From NCBI GenBank assembly GCA_963836075.1, contig CAWIIB010000001.1, positions 1,120,001 through 1,184,000 of the forward strand: 64,000 nucleotides of DNA, in the 5' to 3' direction. Position 1 is the first letter of the stretch. Each line of letters starts with the position of its first letter. This DNA comes from an uncultured Acidobacteriota bacterium (lineage in GTDB: Bacteria; Acidobacteriota; JAQAZP01). Made by a program: the position numbers and the translations under genes. The notes beneath the pieces are model-generated. The model saw only the letters and a program-made list of their open reading frames with translations. It made no database searches and was not told the DNA's origin. Shown one piece after another: positions 50,188-60,309 of this stretch.

Positions 50188-51443
50188 CCATCCTCCTCGG
50201 TATCCTGGTGGTGCTGCTGGCCATCGCCGGCGTGCCGCTCTTCGTGGTCATCGCCACCAGCGCACTGGCCAGCTTTGCCATGGTGGAGTTGGACTCTTCG
50301 CTGGTGATCATCGAGATGTACCGCATGGCAAACATGCCGATCCTGATCAGCATCCCGCTCTTCGCCTTTTCCGGATACCTGATGGCCGAAAGCGGCAGCC
50401 CCAAACGGCTGCTGCGTGTCTCGCGGGCGCTGATGGGCTGGATGCCGGGCGGCCTGGCCCTGGTGGCCCTGGTCACCTGCGCCGCCTTCACCGCCCTCAC
50501 CGGCGCCTCGGGGGTGACCATAATCGCCCTCGGCGGCCTGCTCTACCCGGCCCTGATCGCCGAACGCTACAGCGAAAGGTTCTCCCTGGGCCTGATTACC
50601 ACCTCGGGCAGCCGGGGCCTGCTCTTCCCCCCCAGCATCCCGCTTATTCTCTACGCCATCGTCGCTTCGGTCAGTGTGGACGACATGTTTCGCGGCGGCC
50701 TGGTGCCCGGCATTCTGATGGTGGCCCTGATCGGGGTCTACGGCGTGTTCACCGGCGCCCGCGGCCGCACCGAGCGGACACCCTTCAACTGGAAGGAGGC
50801 CGGGGAAGCAATCTGGGAGGCCAAGTGGGAACTGCCCCTGCCGGTGATCGTGCTGGGCAGCATCTTCAGCGGCTGGCTGGCGGTGAGCGAGGCGGCGGCC
50901 CTCACCGCCTTTCTCGTCCTGCTGGTGGAGGTGGTGCTCTACCGTGACGTGAAATTGCGCGACCTGCCGCGCATCGTCCGCGAATGCATGGTGCTGGTGG
51001 GCGGGATCCTGATCATCCTCGGCGCAGCCCTGGCCTACACCAACTACCTCATCGACGCCGAAGTGCCCTTCCAGATCCTGGAAAGCATGCAGTCCCACGT
51101 CTCGGGGAAGATCATGTTCCTGCTGGTGCTCAACATCTTCCTGCTCGTCGTGGGGGCCATGCTCGACATCTTCTCCGCACTGGTCGTGGTGGTGCCGCTG
51201 ATCGCGCCCATCGCCCTGGAATATGGCGTCAACCCGGTGCACCTGGGAGTGATCTTTCTCACCAACCTGGAGATCGGCTACTCCACCCCCCCGGTGGGGC
51301 TGAACCTCTTCATCTCCAGTTTCCGCTTCAAGAAGCCCATCGTCCGCCTCTACCTCGCCGCCCTGCCCTTCCTCATCATTTCCATCCTCGGCCTGATCCT
51401 CATCACCTACTTCCCCCAGCTGACCCTCTGGCTGGTGGAATAA
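50184..51443 (+). CDS. dctM: TRAP large permease
   Basis: IPLF, PGGLA, LLFPPSIP, GVNPVHLG, TPPVGLNLF. Confidence 0.95.
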   Translation: MTILLGILVVLLAIAGVPLFVVIATSALASFAMVELDSSLVIIEMYRMANMPILISIPLFAFSGYLMAESGSPKRLLRVSRALMGWMPGGLALVALVTCAAFTALTGASGVTIIALGGLLYPALIAERYSERFSLGLITTSGSRGLLFPPSIPLILYAIVASVSVDDMFRGGLVPGILMVALIGVYGVFTGARGRTERTPFNWKEAGEAIWEAKWELPLPVIVLGSIFSGWLAVSEAAALTAFLVLLVEVVLYRDVKLRDLPRIVRECMVLVGGILIILGAALAYTNYLIDAEVPFQILESMQSHVSGKIMFLLVLNIFLLVVGAMLDIFSALVVVVPLIAPIALEYGVNPVHLGVIFLTNLEIGYSTPPVGLNLFISSFRFKKPIVRLYLAALPFLIISILGLILITYFPQLTLWLVE

Positions 51444-51452
51444 GTAAAAGGA

Positions 51453-51470
51453 GGGACAGACACCTGTCCC
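51453..51470. repeat. Short GGGAC...GTCCC palindrome between convergent genes
   Basis: GGGACAG-ACAC-CTGTCCC. Confidence 0.5.
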
Positions 51471-51479
51471 CATAATTCG

Positions 51480-52853
51480 TTACTTTTCTTCCGGGAATTC
51501 GGGGGGGGTGCCGTTCTTGTCCGCCTCACGGACCAGGAGTTTCCTGAGGATCTGCTTGGCCCGATCGTATCGGACAAGACCTTCCTTCTCCATCTCCTTG
51601 GCCACCTTGATCGCCATCTCGCCCAGGGCACCGGCAAAGACGGCCACGTTGCGGGCATGGAGGGTCATGTGGCCACGCTGGATGCCCTCGGTGGCCAGGG
51701 ACCAGAGGGCGGCGAAGTTCTGCAGCAGACCGGCGCTGGCCGCCAGCTGGGCCAGTTCGCGGGAGGAGGAGACGTTGAGAATCTTGAGCAGGATTTCCAC
51801 GCCAGGATGGATACCGGTGACCCCACCAATGATGCCGACAGCCAGGGGGATCTCCAGTTCGCCGATCAGCTTGCCCTTGCCATCGAGGAAATATTTGCTC
51901 ACCGGCTTGTAGGTTCCGCTGCGGGCGGCATAGGCGTGCACCCCGGCTTCCACCGCCCGCCAGTCGTTGCCGGTGGCGATGAGCACTCCATCGATGCCGT
52001 TCATCACCCCCTTGTTGTGGGTGGCGGCACGGTACGGGTCGGCATCGGCGAAATGGTAGGCCTTGACGATGCGCTCGGCGGCCTCCTGGCCGCTGTACTT
52101 GCCGCGGGCCAGGGCATCGACGTTGATCGCCATTCGCGCCCGGGCCATCCGGCGGTCCGAGAGGTTGGAGACGATGCGGCAGACCGCTTCCCCGCCGGCC
52201 AGCTCGGCCACGATGGGCTCGAGCGTTTCGGCCATGGTGTTGACCACGTTGGCCCCCATGGCGTCGCGGGTATCCACCAGCAGGTGGACGATCACCATCG
52301 GCCCGCTGAGCGAATCGATGATCCGCACCTCGATGTCCCGCGCCCCGCCGTTCAGCCCCACCAGCACCGGGTCGTTGCTGTTGGCCAGCGAGAGCAGGTC
52401 GTCCTTTTTGTCCAGGATGGCCGCCTTCGCCGCTTCGGGGTCCGGGATGTCTACGATCTGGATCTGGGCGATCATCACCGGATCGCTGGCTTCGGCGGTC
52501 AGTTTCCCCTGGTCGCGGATCAGACGGGCGGCATTGCTCGCAGCGGCGATCACCGAGGTCTCCTCGATGGCCATGGGAACGATGTAGTCCTTGTCGTTGA
52601 TCTGGAAATTGACCGCCAGTCCCAGGGGCAGGCCGAAGACCCCCACCGCATTTTCGACCATCAGGTCCGCCAGCTCGGGAGTGAGGGTCTCCTGCTTGAG
52701 CATCCACTTCTGCTTGGCGGTGAGAGTGGTCCACTTGTCGAGGGCGTCGAGGCGGTCGGTGACATTGAGCTTGAAAAAGCCCGGGTAGCGCGAGCACTTA
52801 CCGTTTTTCCTCGCTTCGCCAAACGCAGGATCTTTTTTGTGTACGGCACTCAT
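51480..52853 (-). CDS. mvaA: Class II HMG-CoA reductase
   Basis: MVENAVG, PMAIEETSVIAA, DAMGAN, RAATHNKG, GNDWRA, EGIQRGHM. Confidence 0.93.
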   Translation of the reverse strand: MSAVHKKDPAFGEARKNGKCSRYPGFFKLNVTDRLDALDKWTTLTAKQKWMLKQETLTPELADLMVENAVGVFGLPLGLAVNFQINDKDYIVPMAIEETSVIAAASNAARLIRDQGKLTAEASDPVMIAQIQIVDIPDPEAAKAAILDKKDDLLSLANSNDPVLVGLNGGARDIEVRIIDSLSGPMVIVHLLVDTRDAMGANVVNTMAETLEPIVAELAGGEAVCRIVSNLSDRRMARARMAINVDALARGKYSGQEAAERIVKAYHFADADPYRAATHNKGVMNGIDGVLIATGNDWRAVEAGVHAYAARSGTYKPVSKYFLDGKGKLIGELEIPLAVGIIGGVTGIHPGVEILLKILNVSSSRELAQLAASAGLLQNFAALWSLATEGIQRGHMTLHARNVAVFAGALGEMAIKVAKEMEKEGLVRYDRAKQILRKLLVREADKNGTPPEFPEEK

Positions 52854-52951
52854 CGGACCTGGTTTTCCTCTTTGTAACAGTGATGGATCAGGATAGGGTT
52901 TTCACCGGTCGGCGTCAAGAAGAAGGAGCCCAACATCCAAACAAGTGTCTT

Positions 52952-53665
52952 TTATTCAACAGCTTGTTCGGCCGGCCCAGGGTGGCCGTTCCGCTCCAGG
53001 AGGTCAAGGATGGCAGGAAAACCGCCCGAATCACAGACCAGATCGGCCCTCTCCGCCAGCTCCTCGTGGCGCGGGTTGACGGCCACGGCAAGACCGGCGC
53101 GGCCAAAGAGATCGAGGTCGTCCCGGCTGTCGCCCACCGCCATTGTCTCTTCCGGCTGGACGCGGTACCGCTCCTGGATCAACTGGAGCACCCGCCCCTT
53201 GCCGCCGATGGGCACCACCACGTCCACCTGCCCGGTGATCAACCCGTCGCGGATCACCAGCCGGTTGGCAAAGACCTGATCGACGCCAAGTTCCAGGCGC
53301 GCCCGGTCGGTCATCACCGTGAGGCCCGACGAGATCACCGCCAGCCGCAGCCCCAGCTCCTCCTTCATCCGCCTCAGGCACTCCGCTACGCCGGGCAGGA
53401 AATTGACCTCGGCGGTGATCTGCTGGAGACGTTCCAGCGACATGCCGGCCCAGTGGCCGGCATCGAGGCGGGCAAACTCCTCATAGCTGATCTCTCCACG
53501 GCGAAACTGCTCCTGGTGCACCGAGGCCTCGCCCTCCCAGATGCCCAGACGCTCGTGGTAGTATTGCCAGCTGCTGACGCAGTCGGTCAGAGTGCCGTCC
53601 ATGTCGAAAACGGCCAGTTTATATGTCGGAGGCGCCGCTTCGGCCTCCACGCCGGATGTCCGCAT
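52952..53665 (-). CDS. HAD-IB (phosphoserine phosphatase-like) hydrolase
   Basis: FDMDGTL, ISSG, FAN.L, K, AVGDSRDD. GGAGG RBS before ATG 53665. Confidence 0.88.
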   Translation of the reverse strand: MRTSGVEAEAAPPTYKLAVFDMDGTLTDCVSSWQYYHERLGIWEGEASVHQEQFRRGEISYEEFARLDAGHWAGMSLERLQQITAEVNFLPGVAECLRRMKEELGLRLAVISSGLTVMTDRARLELGVDQVFANRLVIRDGLITGQVDVVVPIGGKGRVLQLIQERYRVQPEETMAVGDSRDDLDLFGRAGLAVAVNPRHEELAERADLVCDSGGFPAILDLLERNGHPGPAEQAVE

Positions 53666-53779
53666 CTCTTTGCGCCCTCCCCGGGGCCTGGGATAAAATC
53701 GCTCGATTTCAAGCACCGGAGTATACCTGCTGACCGAGTTTTCCGCCATAGTGACCGAACCGATCCGAGGAACCCGGCC

Positions 53780-56215
53780 GTGACACTGCGCCTGGACAGC
53801 GAGGCCCGCACCCTGGAAGTGAGTGTGGGTGATCTGGTGCTGGGGGACCCCCTGCTCCGCACCCGCGGGGCGGCCGGCCGCACTCTGCCGGACCGCATGG
53901 CCATGGGCAGTCGGGCACACCAGAACGTGCAGCAGACGCGGGCCGGGCGAATCCCGGGATACGAGAGCGAGATCCAGGTGCGGCGGGAATTCAAGGTCTC
54001 CGGCTGGACGGTGACCGTCCAGGGCCGGGTGGACGGCCGTCACCGCGACGAAAACGGGTTCCAGGTGGTGGAGGAGATCAAATCGGTGACCTTCCCCCCG
54101 TCCCGGTTCACTGTTGACGGGATAAAGCCCAGAAGCGATCACCTGTTGCAGCTGGAAATTTACTGTGCCCTGCTGTCCGAGGGGGACGAGGAGGTACGGG
54201 GACTGCTGATCCTCTACAACCTCGCCGACGGAGCCACCCTGGAGCTGCCGGTGGATCAGGACATGGCGGAGACCGGGAGCCGGCTGGAAGCCCGTCTGGA
54301 AGGGCTGCTCCACCGGGTGGTGGAACAGCGGCAACGGCTGGAAGACCGCACGACCTGGGCCGGCCGCCTTGTCTTCCCCTTCCCGGCCATGCGCCCGGGC
54401 CAGGACGAGCTGTCCGCGGCAATGACCGGCGCCTGGGAAAAGGGCCACGACATCCTCGCTGCGGCGCCGGCGGGCACTGGCAAAACCGCTGCCGCCATCT
54501 GGGCTGCCCTGCAGCACGCCCTGGCCAACCGGCTGGGACTCTTCTTCGTCACCGCCAAGACCACCCAGCAGAAGCTGGCGGCCGAGACCCTCGAAAAGGT
54601 GGCCGCCTCCTCGAATATCCCGCTGCGCAGCCTGGTGTTGCGGGCCAAGGACGCCATGTGTCTGTGCGAGACGCGGATCTGCCACGAGGAGGTCTGCCCC
54701 CACATTCGCGACTACCCGGAGAAGGCGGCACGGAGCGACATCTATCGCCGCCTGCTGGACCGGCCGCTGGCCGAGCCGGACCGCATCCGGGAACTGGCCT
54801 CCGCGGCCGGCATCTGCCCCTTCGAGGTCTCTCTCGATTTGTGCGGGATGGTGGATGCGGTGGTCTGCGACTACAACTACGTCTTCGACCCGGCGGTGGC
54901 CCTGCGGCAGTTCAGCGAAGGGGCGAACCGGGAGACGCTGCTGGTGATCGACGAGGCCCACAACCTCCTGGAGCGGGGTCGCGACTACTATTCCCCGTCC
55001 CTCGAACGGAACGATCTGGCCGCCCTGTTTCCCTTCCTCGCCGCGGGCGGCAGCCGCTCGCACCGCCGTCTGGAAAGCCTTTTTGCCGAACTGGAAGCCC
55101 TGGTGGAGGACGTGAGCCGCAACGCGGGGGACGATAACAGCGGCCCATTGGAGACCCTGGTGCAATTCGACCCGGCGCCCTTCGCCGCGCTCCGGGAACG
55201 GCTGGACAGTGCCCTGGTGCTCTACCTGCTGGAGAACCAGTCCCGGGGCGGAACCGCGCCGGACGACCCGGTGTTACGCTTTTCCGCCGACTTCGGACGC
55301 TTTGCCGGCGCCGCCCTGCTGGATGGCGATGAGCTGGTGAACATCTTCCGCCGGCGCGAGGACCAGAGTGAGGAACTGAAGATCCTCTGCCTCGACCCGG
55401 GTCGGCAACTGGGCCGCCGCATCCGCAGTTTCGGCGGCACCGCGGCCATGTCCGCCACGCTCCAGCCGGCGTCCTACTACCGCCAGGTGCTGGGTTTCCG
55501 CAAAACAAAAACCGACACCGCCTCCTTCCCTTCCCCGTTCCCCGCCCAGAACCGGCTGGCCCTGGTTGTACCATCGGTATCCACCCTCTACCGCGACCGT
55601 CCCGCCAACTACGACCCCATCGCCAGGATCATCGAGCGGGCGGTGCGCCTGCACCCCTCGAACCACCTGGTCTTCTTCCCCAGTTTCGCCTTTCTCCGCC
55701 AGGTGGCGCGGCGTCTCGACACCTCGGGGTTCACGGTGATCCGGCAGGAGCCGGAAATGAACCTCCGCCAGCGGGCGGAGGTCCTCGACGCGCTGGCCGC
55801 GGGGGGTGCGCCGCACCTGGTGCTGGCGGTGCAGGGGGGGATCTTTGCCGAGGGGGTGGACTATCCGGGCGAGATGGCCGCCGGCGTGATCGTGGTGGGA
55901 CCGGGCCTGCCCCAGGTCTGCTTCGAGCGCGAACTGATCAAGCGGCACTTCCAGCAGACCGATGGCAAGGGCTTCGAGTTCGCCTACCTCTACCCGGGTA
56001 TGAACCGCGCCGTCCAGGCCGCGGGCCGGCTGATCCGCACTCCCGAGGACCGGGGGGTGATCCTGCTGCTGGGCCGCCGCTTCGCTTCGGCCCGTTACGC
56101 GGATCTCTTTCCCGCCCACTGGTTTGACATTTCCCCCCGGGAGATGATCCAGAGGGACTGGCCACGACTGATTGAACATTTCTGGGCCGACCCCCATCTC
56201 GATTTCGGGGAATAA
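53780..56215 (+). CDS. PD-(D/E)xK nuclease fused to XPD/DinG-family Fe-S helicase
   Basis: G..AH, GRVDG, EEIKS, HLLQLEIY; APAGTGKT, Cys cluster MCLC..C....C...CPF, DYNY, DEAHN, SATL, EGVD, QAAGRLIR. GTG start after GAGG. Confidence 0.9.
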   Translation: MTLRLDSEARTLEVSVGDLVLGDPLLRTRGAAGRTLPDRMAMGSRAHQNVQQTRAGRIPGYESEIQVRREFKVSGWTVTVQGRVDGRHRDENGFQVVEEIKSVTFPPSRFTVDGIKPRSDHLLQLEIYCALLSEGDEEVRGLLILYNLADGATLELPVDQDMAETGSRLEARLEGLLHRVVEQRQRLEDRTTWAGRLVFPFPAMRPGQDELSAAMTGAWEKGHDILAAAPAGTGKTAAAIWAALQHALANRLGLFFVTAKTTQQKLAAETLEKVAASSNIPLRSLVLRAKDAMCLCETRICHEEVCPHIRDYPEKAARSDIYRRLLDRPLAEPDRIRELASAAGICPFEVSLDLCGMVDAVVCDYNYVFDPAVALRQFSEGANRETLLVIDEAHNLLERGRDYYSPSLERNDLAALFPFLAAGGSRSHRRLESLFAELEALVEDVSRNAGDDNSGPLETLVQFDPAPFAALRERLDSALVLYLLENQSRGGTAPDDPVLRFSADFGRFAGAALLDGDELVNIFRRREDQSEELKILCLDPGRQLGRRIRSFGGTAAMSATLQPASYYRQVLGFRKTKTDTASFPSPFPAQNRLALVVPSVSTLYRDRPANYDPIARIIERAVRLHPSNHLVFFPSFAFLRQVARRLDTSGFTVIRQEPEMNLRQRAEVLDALAAGGAPHLVLAVQGGIFAEGVDYPGEMAAGVIVVGPGLPQVCFERELIKRHFQQTDGKGFEFAYLYPGMNRAVQAAGRLIRTPEDRGVILLLGRRFASARYADLFPAHWFDISPREMIQRDWPRLIEHFWADPHLDFGE

Positions 56216-56272
56216 ACAAAATCTTCATTTGCCTGGCACTTCTTTTCAGTCTATATTTCAAGTAGTGGATAT

Positions 56273-56803
56273 GTGGCAATGGAACGGACCGGCCGCAGGA
56301 GAGTGACCGTGCGAAGACAACTGCTATTTCCTCTGATCGTCCTGACACTGGTGCTGTTCTGCCCGGCCGACAGTCCGGCCCAGGATTCGGAAGCCACCTA
56401 TGAGAAGCGGGTGCTCTTCGAGCCGCTGCAAGTCCCATCGGCTGCATCCCGCGACGATGGCCCGACCCTCTTTGCCCCGGCCCTCTTCCGGCCGCCGGTA
56501 CCCTGGCTCAAGCTCGACGACCGCTACGAGAGTTTTGTCGGGAACGTGGAAATCCAGACGGAACTGGAGGAAATGGAAAAACTCTTCCTCAATCCCTACG
56601 CCGGCCTGGGAACTGAACTGACCACGGGCATCCAGACCGAGATCGGTGCCCATGGCGAGGTGTTTCGCTACTACGAATTTGCCGGGGGGAAATTCGAGTT
56701 CTCCACTTCGGCCGGTCCTTACGGCCAGCCGGGGACCTGGGCCGGCGGCTACGACTACGACTCCTGGCTCGGCAACACCAACCGCGGAACCGACGACCGC
56801 TGA
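56273..56803 (+). CDS. Secreted hypothetical protein (start uncertain)
   Basis: Signal-peptide-like N-terminus; coding-like GC3. Confidence 0.65.
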   Translation: MAMERTGRRRVTVRRQLLFPLIVLTLVLFCPADSPAQDSEATYEKRVLFEPLQVPSAASRDDGPTLFAPALFRPPVPWLKLDDRYESFVGNVEIQTELEEMEKLFLNPYAGLGTELTTGIQTEIGAHGEVFRYYEFAGGKFEFSTSAGPYGQPGTWAGGYDYDSWLGNTNRGTDDR

Positions 56804-56811
56804 GCGCCCGC

Positions 56812-58086
56812 TCACCGGCCCTCCCCGGTCAACACCCCGTCCCGCCGCTTTCGTTCCTCGCCTTCCCGCCCGGCCAACAGGTCACGCAACCGGTTCAGCA
56901 TATCCACCGGGGCAGCAGAAAAACCGCCGGCGGCCACCACGGCCTCCACCGCTGACGCTGCTTCGGGCGCGTACCAGCGGACGCCCTCCAGCAGTCGCTC
57001 CTCGTCACTCTCCGCCCGTTCCTTCTGTCGCAGGCGGAGGAAGCGGAGCAGGCGCAGCCCGTCGAACCGTTCATGGCAGGCACGGACAAAGGACGTTTCC
57101 GTGGGATGGTTGGCCCGCAGCGGCGCCCAGGGGTCCTCATCGCCGAAAAGTTCAGCACAATAGGGCGTCAGGGTCGTCTGCACGGTTTCCCGGTGCATTT
57201 CGGGAAAGCGCTCGACCGTTTGGGCCGCCTCGCGGAAGGACTCCGCGGCGTAAATCGGGTAGCGGTGCCATTGCCCCTGACGCCCGGCGATCATCGCCGG
57301 CCCGGTGCCGAAGAGCACCCGGTCCGAGTAGCGGGCCGCCGGCCGCACCGGGCTCTCGCACCAGAGAAGCAACGGACCGAACTTGCGCAGTTTCTGCAGG
57401 AAGTAAAAATCCTCCCCGCTGGCCCGGGGGCTCATCCCGCCCACCCGGCGGCAGGCGCCCACCGGTACGGCCAGGGCCGAGCCCAGCGCGGTGTAGGCCC
57501 AGGGGGATCCGGTGCGCAGCAGGCAGAGCAGGTAGTGGCGCAAGTAGAACTCGTAGCGCAGGATGTCCCGTGACGGGTCCGCACCGGACAGCGTTTCAGT
57601 GGTGTGCCGTTCCGGGCCGGATCGCGGTATCGGGTGGTAGTAGGGAGCGGAGAGGCCCACCGCACCGCGGGCCAGGGAAAGACGCCGGCGAACAGACTGG
57701 AGGTAGTCGGGCTCCACCAGGGTATCGGCGTCGAGGCTGACCAGCAGGTCCCGGTCATCCGCCGAGGCGAGAACGTGGTCGAAAAGGATCTTGCGCGCCC
57801 AGCCCACTCCCCCCCGGCCTTCCGGCCAGCCCATGCCGGGGCTGCTGCGGTCGATGATGGTGAGACGGGGTTCGTCCAGCGTTGCCAACCAGGTGAGGGT
57901 GGCCTGATTCCGCTGGAACACCGGGTGCCGCTCGGGATCGTCACGCCAGGCCTCGGGCTGGTTGACGCAGACCCAGACCCGGATATCAGTGACCGTCTGG
58001 GCACCCAGGTTTTCAAAGCAGGCCGGCAGCCGCCGCAGTTCGTCGATCACCGGGATGGCGACGTGGATGACGGGGGCAGCCATCAC
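56812..58086 (-). CDS. Glycosyltransferase family 2-like protein
   Basis: VAIPVIDE, GGVGWARK, DAD, GGM...GEDFYFL, RVLFGTG. Confidence 0.85.
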   Translation of the reverse strand: MMAAPVIHVAIPVIDELRRLPACFENLGAQTVTDIRVWVCVNQPEAWRDDPERHPVFQRNQATLTWLATLDEPRLTIIDRSSPGMGWPEGRGGVGWARKILFDHVLASADDRDLLVSLDADTLVEPDYLQSVRRRLSLARGAVGLSAPYYHPIPRSGPERHTTETLSGADPSRDILRYEFYLRHYLLCLLRTGSPWAYTALGSALAVPVGACRRVGGMSPRASGEDFYFLQKLRKFGPLLLWCESPVRPAARYSDRVLFGTGPAMIAGRQGQWHRYPIYAAESFREAAQTVERFPEMHRETVQTTLTPYCAELFGDEDPWAPLRANHPTETSFVRACHERFDGLRLLRFLRLRQKERAESDEERLLEGVRWYAPEAASAVEAVVAAGGFSAAPVDMLNRLRDLLAGREGEERKRRDGVLTGEGR

Positions 58087-58953
58087 GGCCTCTCGGCAAT
58101 GTTCACGCTGATTTTTATTTGCCCTCCCGTCAGCTGGACCAGCCCGAAGCGGCCGGCATAATCGCGGAACACCAGGCGGTTCCCCTCCCGCCGCAGCAGA
58201 TCCAGTGTCGGGTCGAGCAGTTCAGCCAGGTGGGCGTATGCCGCGGCCGCCTCCTTCACCGTCGGATAGTCGACCCGGATCCGGGTCACGGGGTACTTGC
58301 CCTCCTCGGTCCGGTAGTCCGCGGCCACGCCGAAGAGCTCTCCCCCCAACTGCAGCACGTCCCCCGGGCCGAAGGTGAACAGCGTCTGCAGCGAATATTC
58401 GCCGCGGATCAATCGCTCGGAACCGGCCACCCGCCCCTCGGCGGGCAGCGCGGCGAAGGGGTCCCCGGTAGTCTGCGCCCGGGATAACCTCCAGCAATTT
58501 GCCGGCCAGGCCGGCCATGGTCGGGCGCAGCGTCCGGTCGCCGCTGAAACTATTGACCAGCACGAAGCAGTCCCCGCGCAGCACGGTGGCCTGGAACCGG
58601 TTGGATGAGTTCCGCGTGAGAATCTCCGTCCAGGGGGTCTCCTCACCGCACTTGAAGAGGTAGATGGCCAGGGCGGCCCGGGGGCTCTCCATGCGGTAGA
58701 CCTCGACGGCGATCTCCCGCTCGCCGTTGCGATAGGGCTGGACCAGCAACTCCTTGAATCCCAGTTCAAGGAACAGTTCGGCGCCGCCGTTGATGTGGCC
58801 GTAGAGATCGGCGGCGGTGAACCGGCGCAGCGCACCCTCCCGCTCCCATCCGGGAACGGCGCCGCTTTCAGGCATGATCGAATTGGCGGCGCCCACAGGG
58901 ATGGACAGGGCCAGCACCAGTAAAAGGACGGCGGCCAGGGAACGCTTGATCAT
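58083..58953 (-). CDS. DUF6599-like exported protein (frameshifted near 58465)
   Basis: LYGHINGGAELFLELGF motif; continues in the +1 frame (58083..58835). Confidence 0.7.
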
Positions 58954-58955
58954 CT

Positions 58956-60182
58956 TCAGGCCTTCAGATGCTCGATCTTCCCCGGATCGGCCACGCCAAG
59001 CCCCAGCTTTTCACCGTAGCGCAGATACTCGGTGTACTTGGGGTGCTCGTTGACCTTGACCTTCATCGCCTTCCGTTTCTCCACCAGCAGGTCGTGGCAG
59101 ACCAGGTCGAGGGCAAAGGGGTCGGTGGCCATGAACAGCCGGTCATACTGCCAGGTGAACTTGGCCGCCGGCATGGGCCCGCCGTCATACTGGCCGCGCA
59201 GCCCGTCGGTGATGTTGAGCACCAGCTTGTCCCGGATGGCCGGGAAGGCCAGCACCTCGGTGCAGACGTCGAAGAACAGGGGCTGGTGCAGGCGGCCGGT
59301 GTTGCACACCGCGCCATAGCCGAGATTCTTGGTCGCCATGGAGATCCCGTTTCCGGTGTTCTTGAACACCGGGACGTTGATGATCTTGGTCAGCTTTCTG
59401 GTCAACAGGGTTCCGAAGTAGGAGTGCTTGTCGTTGACCACGTGCTGGTTGAGATACATCTCGTCCTTCGGCCCGTCCACGTCGGCCCAGTAAAAGACCT
59501 TGTCGTCGAAGTTGCCACGGCTGAGATGACGGCCCTTCTTGTCCAGCCACTTGCCGCTGTCCCCTTTTTCGGGGTCGTACGACTCGTCCATGGTCTGCAG
59601 CCCCTCCAGGCCCAGCCCGGGGTAGCGCTCGGGGGTGAACCCGGCGTCGGCCAGCATGTAGTCGAAACGGTCCCAGATGATGATGTTCTTCGGTTTGATG
59701 CCACCGGCCTTGAGCCAGGCCACCACCGCGTCCACCACCTCGAGGCGGGTGCTGATCAAACCCGGTCCCACCGGGTTGACCTTGATCCCCACCACGTCAG
59801 AGGCTTCGAAGAAGAGGGGGAAACTCGCCTTGAGGTCCTTGCCGGTGAGGCCCTTGATCCCCCTTTCGAACATCGCCTGCACCACGACCGGCACCGGCTG
59901 GTCCTCGGCCATCGATTTCGTGTCGTGCACTTCCACAACTTTACCGGGGAAGCGGCCGGGCAGCGAGTGCTCCGTCCGCGGGATCTTCATCGCGTCATCG
60001 ATATTCGTTTTTGTCCGCGGCGGCGGTGTCCGTTCGGCCTTCTTCTCTTCCTCGGCCCAGACCGGGGGCCGCCCGAGAACAAGCCCTGCCCCGAGAACCG
60101 CCCCCATGCCGCCCAGGCGGAAGAAGTCACGGCGGCTAACCTGATCTCTCGATTCCATTGACCGATATGCCCTGAATTTCAT
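58956..60182 (-). CDS. Tat-exported DUF362 domain protein
   Basis: SRRDFFRL twin-arginine signal, VGIKVN, IIWDR, IINVPVFK, KNL, DPFALD. Confidence 0.85.
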   Translation of the reverse strand: MKFRAYRSMESRDQVSRRDFFRLGGMGAVLGAGLVLGRPPVWAEEEKKAERTPPPRTKTNIDDAMKIPRTEHSLPGRFPGKVVEVHDTKSMAEDQPVPVVVQAMFERGIKGLTGKDLKASFPLFFEASDVVGIKVNPVGPGLISTRLEVVDAVVAWLKAGGIKPKNIIIWDRFDYMLADAGFTPERYPGLGLEGLQTMDESYDPEKGDSGKWLDKKGRHLSRGNFDDKVFYWADVDGPKDEMYLNQHVVNDKHSYFGTLLTRKLTKIINVPVFKNTGNGISMATKNLGYGAVCNTGRLHQPLFFDVCTEVLAFPAIRDKLVLNITDGLRGQYDGGPMPAAKFTWQYDRLFMATDPFALDLVCHDLLVEKRKAMKVKVNEHPKYTEYLRYGEKLGLGVADPGKIEHLKA

Positions 60183-60309
60183 GACCCGCTCCTCGCTAAT
60201 CTCGGTGTGAACTCCAGTTTCGGGAAAAGTATACACCAAGTATGCAGCCGCCCGTCCGGGCATTCAGCCATCGGCCCCGGCATGATAAGATCGGAGACGG
60301 GAGGTCACG

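Noticed and set aside
53780-54300. Cas4-like motif suggesting a CRISPR-Cas locus
   Set aside because: No repeat-spacer array or other cas genes seen in the window.
52880-55165. Apparent 1111-aa (+) and 737-aa (-) overlapping giant ORFs
   Set aside because: Each is a real gene (helicase from 53780; HAD from 53665) extended by the antisense frame of the other.
56233-56248. TGGCAC sigma54-like promoter
   Set aside because: The -12 element reads TTTC rather than TTGC.
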